Source of the DNA: Auanema rhodensis
Lineage: Eukaryota > Animalia > Nematoda
Length of the DNA: 64,000 nt
Direction of reading: 5' to 3'
NCBI GenBank assembly: GCA_964057225.1
Contig: OZ059894.1
Location: forward strand, 22,382,001 to 22,446,000
Shown here: positions 14,001 to 26,321 of the stretch, one piece after another
Layout of the letters: every line of letters begins with the position of its first letter
Position numbering within the stretch: the stretch's first letter is position 1
The notes under the pieces: generated by a model
What the model saw: the letters and a program-made list of their open reading frames with translations, nothing else
What the model was told of the DNA's origin: nothing
The model's database searches: none
Made by a program: the position numbers and the translations under genes

Positions 14001-15092
14001 TAAGTTCACACTTATATCCTCGATTTTCACCCTGAAGAATTAATTTTTTCGTTGAATAACATTGTCCATCGTCTTTGCCTTGAAAAAAGAAATCTAAAAA
14101 CATCTACTTTTTCCTAAATTATTTTGAAGTTTTTCGAAAAAATTTTTGTCAAAATGTTTTTGGAAGCAATGTTGAGTGTACATGGAAACTCAACATACAC
14201 TAATGCATCATTTTTCAAACGATCATAACTAATTTTTGTATTAAGCGTTTCTCAATGTAAAATAGTGCATTCGATGCGGATTTTTGAGCTGCGTCGATCT
14301 GTGTTATCAGATTTGCGCTAGCTTAAAAATGCACCGAGATATCAACTGATATAAGTTCACACTTATATCCTCGATTTTCACCCTGAAGAATTAATTTTTT
14401 CGTTGAATAACATTGTCCATCGTCTTTGCCTTGAAAAAAGAAATCTAAAAACATCTACTTTTTCCTAAATTATTTTGAAGTTTTTCGAAAAAATTTTTGT
14501 CAAAATGTTTTTGGAAGCAATGTTGAGTGTACATGGAAACTCAACATACACTAATGCATCATTTTTCAAACGATCATAACTAATTTTTGTATTAAGCGTT
14601 TCTCAATGTAAAATAGTGCATTCGATGCGGATTTTTGAGCTGCGTCGATCTGTGTTATCAGATTTGCGCTAGCTTAAAAATGCACCGAGATATCAACTGA
14701 TATAAGTTCACACTTATATCCTCGATTTTCACCCTGAAGAATTAATTTTTTCGTTGAATAACATTGTCCATCGTCTTTGCCTTGAAAAAAGAAATCTAAA
14801 AACATCTACTTTTTCCTAAATTATTTTGAAGTTTTTCGAAAAAATTTTTGTCAAAATGTTTTTGGAAGCAATGTTGAGTGTACATGGAAACTCAACATAC
14901 ACTAATGCATCATTTTTCAAACGATCATAACTAATTTTTGTATTAAGCGTTTCTCAATGTAAAATAGTGCATTCGATGCGGATTTTTGAGCTGCGTCGAT
15001 CTGTGTTATCAGATTTGCGCTAGCTTAAAAATGCACCGAGATATCAACTGATATAAGTTCACACTTATATCCTCGATTTTCACCCTGAAGAA
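8073..15092. repeat. Tandem 10-monomer higher-order duplication (2 x 3510 bp)
   Basis: Rare variants recur exactly 3510 bp apart: GCTGACTT at 8701/12211, TAGGCT at 9371/12881, and ATTTGATGC near 10410/13920. The ORF triplet at 8411/8762/9113 is mirrored at 11921/12272/12623. Confidence 0.92.
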
Positions 15093-17198
15093 TTAATTTT
15101 TTCGTTGAATAACATTGTCCATCGTCTTTGCCTTGAAAAAAGGAATCTAAAAACATTTACTTTTTCCTAAATTGTTTTGAAATTTTTCGAAAAAATTTTT
15201 GTCAAAATGTTTTTGGAAGCAATGTTGAGTGTACATGGAAACTCAACATACACTAATGCATCATTTTTCAAACGATCATAACTAATTTTTGTATCAAACG
15301 TTTCTCAATGTAGTATAGTGCATTCGATGCGGATTTTTAAGCTGCGTCGATCTGTGTTATCAGATTTGCGCTAGCTTAAAAATGCACCGAGATATCAACT
15401 GATATAAGTTCACACTTATATCCTCGATTTTCACCCTGAAGAATTAATTTTTTCGTTGAATAACATTGTCCATCGTCTTTGCCTTGGAAAAAGGAATCTA
15501 AAAACATCTACTTTTTGCTGAATTATTCTGAAATTTTTCGAAAAAATTTTTGTCAAAATGTTTTTGGAAGCAATGTTGAGTGTACATGGAAACTCAACAT
15601 ACACTAATGCATCATTTTTCAAACGATCATAACTAATTTGTGTATTAAGCGTTTCTCAATGTAGTATAGTGCATTCGATGCGGATTTTTAAGCTGCGTCG
15701 ATCTGTGTTATCAGATTTGCGCTAGCTTAAAAATGCACCGAGATATCAACTGATATAAGTTCACACTTATATCCTCGATTTTCACCCTGAAGAATTAATT
15801 TTTTCGTTGAATAACATTGTCCATCGTCTTTGCCTTGAAAAAAGAAATCTAAAAACATCTACTTTTTCCTAAATTATTTTGAAGTTTTTCGAAAAAATTT
15901 TTGTCAAAATGTTTTTGGAAGCAATGTTGAGTGTACATGGAAACTCAACATACACTAATGCATCATTTTTCAAACGATCATAACTAATTTTTGTATTAAG
16001 CGTTTCTCAATGTAAAATAGTGCATTCGATGCGGATTTTTGAGCTGCGTCGATCTGTGTTATCAGATTTGCGCTAGCTTAAAAATGCACCGAGATATCAA
16101 CTGATATAAGTTCACACTTATATCCTCGATTTTCACCCTGAAGAATTAATTTTTTCGTTGAATAACATTGTCCATCGTCTTTGCCTTGAAAAAAGGAATC
16201 TAAAAACATTTACTTTTTCCTAAATTGTTTTGAAATTTTTCGAAAAAATTTTTGTCAAAATGTTTTTGGAAGCAATGTTGAGTGTACATGGAAACTCAAC
16301 ATACACTAATGCATCATTTTTCAAACGATCATAACTAATTTTTGTATCAAACGTTTCTCAATGTAGTATAGTGCATTCGATGCGGATTTTTAAGCTGCGT
16401 CGATCTGTGTTATCAGATTTGCGCTAGCTTAAAAATGCACCGAGATATCAACTGATATAAGTTCACACTTATATCCTCGATTTTCACCCTGAAGAATTAA
16501 TTTTTTCGTTGAATAACATTGTCCATCGTCTTTGCCTTGGAAAAAGGAATCTAAAAACATCTACTTTTTGCTGAATTATTCTGAAATTTTTCGAAAAAAT
16601 TTTTGTCAAAATGTTTTTGGAAGCAATGTTGAGTGTACATGGAAACTCAACATACACTAATGCATCATTTTTCAAACGATCATAACTAATTTGTGTATTA
16701 AGCGTTTCTCAATGTAGTATAGTGCATTCGATGCGGATTTTTAAGCTGCGTCGATCTGTGTTATCAGATTTGCGCTAGCTTAAAAATGCACCGAGATATC
16801 AACTGATATAAGTTTACACTTGTATCCTCGATTTTCACCCTGAAGAATTAATTTTTTCGTTGAATAACATTGTCCATCGTCTTTGCCTTGAAAAATGGAA
16901 TCTAAAAACATCTACTTTTTGCTAAATTATTTTGAAATTTTTCGAAAAAATTTTTGTCAAAATGTTTTTGGAAGCAATGTTGAGTGTACATGGAAACTCA
17001 ACACACACTAATGCATCATTTTTCAAACGATCATAACTAATTTGTGTATTAAGCGTTTCTCAATGTAGTATAGTGCATTCAATGCGGATTTTTAAGCTGC
17101 GTCGATCTGTGTTATCAGATTTGCGCTAGCTTAAAAATGCACCGAGATATCAACTGATATAAGTTCACACTTATATCCTCGATTTTCACCCTGAAGAA

Positions 17199-20100
17199 TT
17201 AATTTTTTCGTTGAATAACATTGTCCATCGTCTTTGCCTTAAAAAAAGGAATCTAAAAACATCTACTTTTTGCTAAATTATTTTGAAATTTTTCGAAAAA
17301 ATTTTTGTCAAAATGTTTTTGGAAGCAATGTTGAGTGTACATGGAAACTCAACATACACTAATGCATCATTTTTCAAACGATCATAACTAATTTTTGTAT
17401 CAAACGTTTCTCAATGTAGTATAGTGCATTCGATGCGGATTTTTAAGCTGCGTCGATCTGTGTTATCAGATTTGCGCTAGCTTAAAAATGCACCGAGATA
17501 TCAACTGATATAAGTTCACACTTATATCCTCGATTTTCACCCTGAAGAATTAATTTTTTCGTTGAATAACATTGTCCATCGTCTTTGCCTTGAAAGAAGG
17601 AATCTAAAAACATCTACTTTTTGCCAAATTATTTTGAAATTTTTCGAAAAAATTTTTGTCAAAATGTTTTTGGAAGCAATGTTGAGTGTACATGGAAACT
17701 CAACATACACTAATGCATCATTTTTCAAACGATCATAACTAATTTGTGTATTAAGCGTTTCTCAATGTAGTATAGTGCATTCGATGCGGATTTTTAAGCT
17801 GCGTCGATCTGTGTTATCAGATTTGCGCTAGCTTAAAAATGCACCGAGATATCAACTGATATAAGTTTACACTTATATCCTCGATTTTCACCCTGAAGAA
17901 TTAATTTTTTCGTTGAATAACATTGTCCATCGTCTTTGCCTTGAAAAATGGAATCTAAAAACATCTACTTTTTGCTAAATTATTTTGAAACTTTTCGAAA
18001 AAATTTTTGTCAAAATGTTTTTGGAAGCAATGTTGAGTGTACATGGAAACTCAACACACACTAATGCATCATTTTTCAAACGATCATAACTAATTTGTGT
18101 ATTAAGCGTTTCTCAATGTAGTATAGTGCATTCGATGCGGATTTTTAAGCTGCGTCGATCTGTGTTATCAGATTTGCGCTAGCTTAAAAATGCACCGAGA
18201 TATCAACTGATATAAGTTCACACTTATATCCTCGATTTTCACCCTGAAGAATTAATTTTTTCGTTGAATAACATTGTCCATCGTCTTTGCCTTAAAAAAA
18301 GGAATCTAAAAACATCTACTTTTTGCTAAATTATTTTGAAATTTTTCGAAAAAATTTTTGTCAAAATGTTTTTGGAAGCAATGTTGAGTGTACATGGAAA
18401 CTCAACATACACTAATGCATCATTTTTCAAACGATCATAACTAATTTTTGTATCAAACGTTTCTCAATGTAGTATAGTGCATTCGATGCGGATTTTTAAG
18501 CTGCGTCGATCTGTGTTATCAGATTTGCGCTAGCTTAAAAATGCACCGAGATATCAACTGATATAAGTTCACACTTATATCCTCGATTTTCACCCTGAAG
18601 AATTAATTTTTTCGTTGAATAACATTGTCCATCGTCTTTGCCTTAAAAAATGGAATCTAAAAACATCTACTTTTTGCTAAATTATTTTGAAATTTTTCGA
18701 AAAAATTTTTGTCAAAATGTTTTTGGAAGCAATGTTGAGTGTACATGGAAACTCAACATACACTAATGCATCATTTTTCAAACGATCATAACTAATTTGT
18801 GTATTAAGCGTTTCTCAATGTAGTATAGTGCATTCGATGCGGATTTTTTAGCTGCGTCGATCTGTGTTATCAGATTTGCGCTAGCTTAAAAATGCACCGA
18901 GATATCAACTGATATAAGTTTACACTTATATCCTCGATTTTCACCCTGAAGAATTAATTTTTTCGTTGAATAACATTGTCCATCGTCTTTGCCTTGAAAA
19001 ATGGAATCTAAAAACATCTACTTTTTGCTAAATTATTTTGAAACTTTTCGAAAAAATTTTTGTCAAAATGTTTTTGGAAGCAATGTTGAGTGTACATGGA
19101 AACTCAACACACACTAATGCATCATTTTTCAAACGATCATAACTAATTTGTGTATTAAGCGTTTCTCAATGTAGTATAGTGCATTCGATGCGGATTTTTA
19201 AGCTGCGTCGATCTGTGTTATCAGATTTGCGCTAGCTTAAAAATGCACCGAGATATCAACTGATATAAGTTCACACTTATATCCTCGATTTTCACCCTGA
19301 AGAATTAATTTTTTCGTTGAATAACATTGTCCATCGTCTTTGCCTTGAAAAAAGGAATCTAAAAACATCTACTTTTTGCTAAATTATTTTGAAATTTTTC
19401 GAAAAAATTTTTGTCAAAATGTTTTTGGAAGCAATGTTGAGTGTACATGGAAACTCAACATACACTAATGCATCATTTTTCAAACGATCATAACTAATTT
19501 GTGTATTAAGCGTTTCTCAATGTAGTATAGTGCATTCGATGCGGATTTTTAAGCTGCGTCGATCTGTGTTATCAGATTTGCGCTAGCTTAAAAATGCACC
19601 GAGATATCAACTGATATAAGTTCACACTTATATCCTCGATTTTCACCCTGAAGAATTAATTTTTTCGTTGAAAAACATTGTCCATCGTCTTTGCCTTGAA
19701 AAATGGAATCTAAAAACATCTACTTTTTGCTAAATTATTTTGAAATTTTTCGAAAAAATTTTTGTCAAAATGTTTTTGGAAGCAATGTTGAGTGTACATG
19801 GAAACTCAACACACACTAATGCATCATTTTTCAAACGATCATAACTAATTTGTGTATTAAGCGTTTCTCAATGTAGTATAGTGCATTCGATGCGGATTTT
19901 TAAGCTGCGTCGATCTGTGTTATCAGATTTGCGCTAGCTTAAAAATGCACCGAGATATCAACTGATATAAGTTCACACTTATATCCTCGATTTTCACCCT
20001 GAAGAATTAATTTTTTCGTTGAATAACATTGTCCATCGTCTTTGCCTTGAAAAAAGGAATCTAAAAACATTTACTTTTTCCTAAATTATTTTTAATTTTT

Positions 20101-23100
20101 CGAAAAAATTTTTGTCAAAATGTTTTTGGAAGCAATGTTGAGTGTACATGGAAACTCAACATACACTAATGCATCATTTTTCAAACGATCATAACTAATT
20201 TTTGTATTAAGCGTTTCTCAATGTAGTATAGTGCATTCGATGCGGATTTTTAAGCTGCGTCGATCTGTGTTATCAGATTTGCGCTAGCTTAAAAATGCAC
20301 CGAGATATCAACTGATATAAGTTTACACTTATATCCTCGATTTTCACCCTGAAGAATTAATTTTTTCGTTGAATAACATTGTCCATCGTCTTTGCCTTGA
20401 AAAAAGGAATCTAAAAACATCTACTTTTTGCTAAATTATTTTGAAATTTTTCGAAAAAATTTTTGTCAAAATGTTTTTGGAAGCAATGTTGAGTGTACAT
20501 GGAAACTCAACATACACTAATGCATCATTTTTCAAACGATCATAACTAATTTGTGTATTAAGCGTTTCTCAATGTAGTATAGTGCATTCGATGCGGATTT
20601 TTAAGCTGCGTCGATCTGTGTTATCAGATTTGCGCTAGCTTAAAAATGCACCGAGATATCAACTGATATAAGTTTACACTTATATCCTCGATTTTCACCC
20701 TGAAGAATTAATTTTTTCGTTGAAAAACATTGTCCATCGTCTTTGCCTTGAAAAATGGAATCTAAAAACATCTACTTTTTGCTAAATTATTTTGAAATTT
20801 TTCGAAAAAATTTTTGTCAAAATGTTTTTGGAAGCAATGTTGAGTGTACATGGAAACTCAACACACACTAATGCATCATTTTTCAAACGATCATAACTAA
20901 TTTGTGTATTAAGCGTTTCTCAATGTAGTATAGTGCATTCGATGCGGATTTTTAAGCTGCGTCGATCTGTGTTATCAGATTTGCGCTAGCTTAAAAATGC
21001 ACCGAGATATCAACTGATATAAGTTCACACTTATATCCTCGATTTTCACCCTGAAGAATTAATTTTTTCGTTGAATAACATTGTCCATCGTCTTTGCCTT
21101 AAAAAAAGGAATCTAAAAACATCTACTTTTTGCTAAATTATTTTGAAATTTTTCGAAAAAATTTTTGTCAAAATGTTTTTGGAAGCAATGTTGAGTGTAC
21201 ATGGAAACTCAACATACACTAATGCATCATTTTTCAAACGATCATAACTAATTTTTGTATCAAACGTTTCTCAATGTAGTATAGTGCATTCGATGCGGAT
21301 TTTTAAGCTGCGTCGATCTGTGTTATCAGATTTGCGCTAGCTTAAAAATGCACCGAGATATCAACTGATATAAGTTCACACTTATATCCTCGATTTTCAC
21401 CCTGAAGAATTAATTTTTTCGTTGAATAACATTGTCCATCGTCTTTGCCTTAAAAAATGGAATCTAAAAACATCTACTTTTTGCTAAATTATTTTGAAAT
21501 TTTTCGAAAAAATTTTTGTCAAAATGTTTTTGGAAGCAATGTTGAGTGTACATGGAAACTCAACATACACTAATGCATCATTTTTCAAACGATCATAACT
21601 AATTTGTGTATTAAGCGTTTCTCAATGTAGTATAGTGCATTCGATGCGGATTTTTAAGCTGCGTCGATCTGTGTTATCAGATTTGCGCTAGCTTAAAAAT
21701 GCACCGAGATATCAACTGATATAAGTTTACACTTATATCCTCGATTTTCACCCTGAAGAATTAATTTTTTCGTTGAATAACATTGTCCATCGTCTTTGCC
21801 TTGAAAAATGGAATCTAAAAACATCTACTTTTTGCTAAATTATTTTGAAACTTTTCGAAAAAATTTTTGTCAAAATGTTTTTGGAAGCAATGTTGAGTGT
21901 ACATGGAAACTCAACACACACTAATGCATCATTTTTCAAACGATCATAACTAATTTGTGTATTAAGCGTTTCTCAATGTAGTATAGTGCATTCGATGCGG
22001 ATTTTTAAGCTGCGTCGATCTGTGTTATCAGATTTGCGCTAGCTTAAAAATGCACCGAGATATCAACTGATATAAGTTCACACTTATATCCTCGATTTTC
22101 ACCCTGAAGAATTAATTTTTTCGTTGAATAACATTGTCCATCGTCTTTGCCTTGAAAAAAGGAATCTAAAAACATCTACTTTTTGCTAAATTATTTTGAA
22201 ATTTTTCGAAAAAATTTTTGTCAAAATGTTTTTGGAAGCAATGTTGAGTGTACATGGAAACTCAACATACACTAATGCATCATTTTTCAAACGATCATAA
22301 CTAATTTGTGTATTAAGCGTTTCTCAATGTAGTATAGTGCATTCGATGCGGATTTTTAAGCTGCGTCGATCTGTGTTATCAGATTTGCGCTAGCTTAAAA
22401 ATGCACCGAGATATCAACTGATATAAGTTCACACTTATATCCTCGATTTTCACCCTGAAGAATTAATTTTTTCGTTGAAAAACATTGTCCATCGTCTTTG
22501 CCTTGAAAAATGGAATCTAAAAACATCTACTTTTTGCTAAATTATTTTGAAATTTTTCGAAAAAATTTTTGTCAAAATGTTTTTGGAAGCAATGTTGAGT
22601 GTACATGGAAACTCAACACACACTAATGCATCATTTTTCAAACGATCATAACTAATTTGTGTATTAAGCGTTTCTCAATGTAGTATAGTGCATTCGATGC
22701 GGATTTTTAAGCTGCGTCGATCTGTGTTATCAGATTTGCGCTAGCTTAAAAATGCACCGAGATATCAACTGATATAAGTTCACACTTATATCCTCGATTT
22801 TCACCCTGAAGAATTAATTTTTTCGTTGAATAACATTGTCCATCGTCTTTGCCTTAAAAAAAGGAATCTAAAAACATCTACTTTTTGCTAAATTATTTTG
22901 AAATTTTTCGAAAAAATTTTTGTCAAAATGTTTTTGGAAGCAATGTTGAGTGTACATGGAAACTCAACATACACTAATGCATCATTTTTCAAACGATCAT
23001 AACTAATTTTTGTATCAAACGTTTCTCAATGTAGTATAGTGCATTCGATGCGGATTTTTAAGCTGCGTCGATCTGTGTTATCAGATTTGCGCTAGCTTAA

Positions 23101-26100
23101 AAATGCACCGAGATATCAACTGATATAAGTTCACACTTATATCCTCGATTTTCACCCTGAAGAATTAATTTTTTCGTTGAATAACATTGTCCATCGTCTT
23201 TGCCTTAAAAAATGGAATCTAAAAACATCTACTTTTTGCTAAATTATTTTGAAATTTTTCGAAAAAATTTTTGTCAAAATGTTTTTGGAAGCAATGTTGA
23301 GTGTACATGGAAACTCAACATACACTAATGCATCATTTTTCAAACGATCATAACTAATTTGTGTATTAAGCGTTTCTCAATGTAGTATAGTGCATTCGAT
23401 GCGGATTTTTAAGCTGCGTCGATCTGTGTTATCAGATTTGCGCTAGCTTAAAAATGCACCGAGATATCAACTGATATAAGTTTACACTTATATCCTCGAT
23501 TTTCACCCTGAAGAATTAATTTTTTCGTTGAATAACATTGTCCATCGTCTTTGCCTTGAAAAATGGAATCTAAAAACATCTACTTTTTGCTAAATTATTT
23601 TGAAACTTTTCGAAAAAATTTTTGTCAAAATGTTTTTGGAAGCAATGTTGAGTGTACATGGAAACTCAACACACACTAATGCATCATTTTTCAAACGATC
23701 ATAACTAATTTGTGTATTAAGCGTTTCTCAATGTAGTATAGTGCATTCGATGCGGATTTTTAAGCTGCGTCGATCTGTGTTATCAGATTTGCGCTAGCTT
23801 AAAAATGCACCGAGATATCAACTGATATAAGTTCACACTTATATCCTCGATTTTCACCCTGAAGAATTAATTTTTTCGTTGAATAACATTGTCCATCGTC
23901 TTTGCCTTGAAAAAAGGAATCTAAAAACATCTACTTTTTGCTAAATTATTTTGAAATTTTTCGAAAAAATTTTTGTCAAAATGTTTTTGGAAGCAATGTT
24001 GAGTGTACATGGAAACTCAACATACACTAATGCATCATTTTTCAAACGATCATAACTAATTTGTGTATTAAGCGTTTCTCAATGTAGTATAGTGCATTCG
24101 ATGCGGATTTTTAAGCTGCGTCGATCTGTGTTATCAGATTTGCGCTAGCTTAAAAATGCACCGAGATATCAACTGATATAAGTTCACACTTATATCCTCG
24201 ATTTTCACCCTGAAGAATTAATTTTTTCGTTGAAAAACATTGTCCATCGTCTTTGCCTTGAAAAATGGAATCTAAAAACATCTACTTTTTGCTAAATTAT
24301 TTTGAAATTTTTCGAAAAAATTTTTGTCAAAATGTTTTTGGAAGCAATGTTGAGTGTACATGGAAACTCAACACACACTAATGCATCATTTTTCAAACGA
24401 TCATAACTAATTTGTGTATTAAGCGTTTCTCAATGTAGTATAGTGCATTCGATGCGGATTTTTAAGCTGCGTCGATCTGTGTTATCAGATTTGCGCTAGC
24501 TTAAAAATGCACCGAGATATCAACTGATATAAGTTCACACTTATATCCTCGATTTTCACCCTGAAGAATTAATTTTTTCGTTGAATAACATTGTCCATCG
24601 TCTTTGCCTTGAAAAAAGGAATCTAAAAACATTTACTTTTTCCTAAATTATTTTTAATTTTTCGAAAAAATTTTTGTCAAAATGTTTTTGGAAGCAATGT
24701 TGAGTGTACATGGAAACTCAACATACACTAATGCATCATTTTTCAAACGATCATAACTAATTTTTGTATTAAGCGTTTCTCAATGTAGTATAGTGCATTC
24801 GATGCGGATTTTTAAGCTGCGTCGATCTGTGTTATCAGATTTGCGCTAGCTTAAAAATGCACCGAGATATCAACTGATATAAGTTTACACTTATATCCTC
24901 GATTTTCACCCTGAAGAATTAATTTTTTCGTTGAATAACATTGTCCATCGTCTTTGCCTTGAAAAAAGGAATCTAAAAACATCTACTTTTTGCTAAATTA
25001 TTTTGAAATTTTTCGAAAAAATTTTTGTCAAAATGTTTTTGGAAGCAATGTTGAGTGTACATGGAAACTCAACATACACTAATGCATCATTTTTCAAACG
25101 ATCATAACTAATTTGTGTATTAAGCGTTTCTCAATGTAGTATAGTGCATTCGATGCGGATTTTTAAGCTGCGTCGATCTGTGTTATCAGATTTGCGCTAG
25201 CTTAAAAATGCACCGAGATATCAACTGATATAAGTTTACACTTATATCCTCGATTTTCACCCTGAAGAATTAATTTTTTCGTTGAAAAACATTGTCCATC
25301 GTCTTTGCCTTGAAAAATGGAATCTAAAAACATCTACTTTTTGCTAAATTATTTTGAAATTTTTCGAAAAAATTTTTGTCAAAATGTTTTTGGAAGCAAT
25401 GTTGAGTGTACATGGAAACTCAACACACACTAATGCATCATTTTTCAAACGATCATAACTAATTTGTGTATTAAGCGTTTCTCAATGTAGTATAGTGCAT
25501 TCGATGCGGATTTTTAAGCTGCGTCGATCTGTGTTATCAGATTTGCGCTAGCTTAAAAATGCACCGAGATATCAACTGATATAAGTTCACACTTATATCC
25601 TCGATTTTCACCCTGAAGAATTAATTTTTTCGTTGAATAACATTGTCCATCGTCTTTGCCTTGAAAAAAGGAATCTAAAAACATTTACTTTTTCCTAAAT
25701 TATTTTTAATTTTTCGAAAAAATTTTTGTCAAAATGTTTTTGGAAGCAATGTTGAGTGTACATGGAAACTCAACATACACTAATGCATCATTTTTCAAAC
25801 GATCATAACTAATTTTTGTATTAAGCGTTTCTCAATGTAGTATAGTGCATTTGATGCGGATTTTTAAGCTGCGTCGATCTGTGTTATCAGATTTGCGCTA
25901 GCTTAAAAATGCACCGAGATATCAACTGATATAAGTTCACACTTATATCCTCGATTTTCACCCTGAAGAATTAATTTTTTCGTTGAATAACATTGTCCAT
26001 CGTCTTTGCCTTGAAAAATGGAATCTAAAAACATCTACTTTTTGCTAAATTATTTTGAAATTTTTCGAAAAAATTTTTGTCAAAATGTTTTTGGAAGCAA

Positions 26101-26321
26101 TGTTGAGTGTACATGGAAACTCAACACACACTAATGCATCATTTTTCAAACGATCATAACTAATTTGTGTATTAAGCGTTTCTCAATGTAGTATAGTGCA
26201 TTCGATGCGGATTTTTAAGCTGCGTCGATCTGTGTTATCAGATTTGCGCTAGCTTAAAAATGCACCGAGATATCAACTGATATAAGTTCACACTTATATC
26301 CTCGATTTTCACCCTGAAGGA
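17199..26321. repeat. Satellite haplotype domain B (monomers 50-75) with 5-mer and 8-mer higher-order structure
   Basis: Markers: GAAACTTTTCG, TTGAAAAACATT, frequent AATTTGTGT and CAACACAC, and a recurrent 350-bp monomer. The same five-monomer order starts at 18252, 21059 and 22814. Confidence 0.85.

Larger units (their letters stand above)
1..17198. repeat. Satellite haplotype domain A (monomers 1-49)
   Basis: Markers confined to this segment include CCTTGGAAAAAGG (with GCTGAATTATTCTG), AAAGAAATC...GAAGTTTTTCG...TGTAAAATAG, GATTTTTGAGCT, GAATCACATT and TTTGAGCT. Confidence 0.85.
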
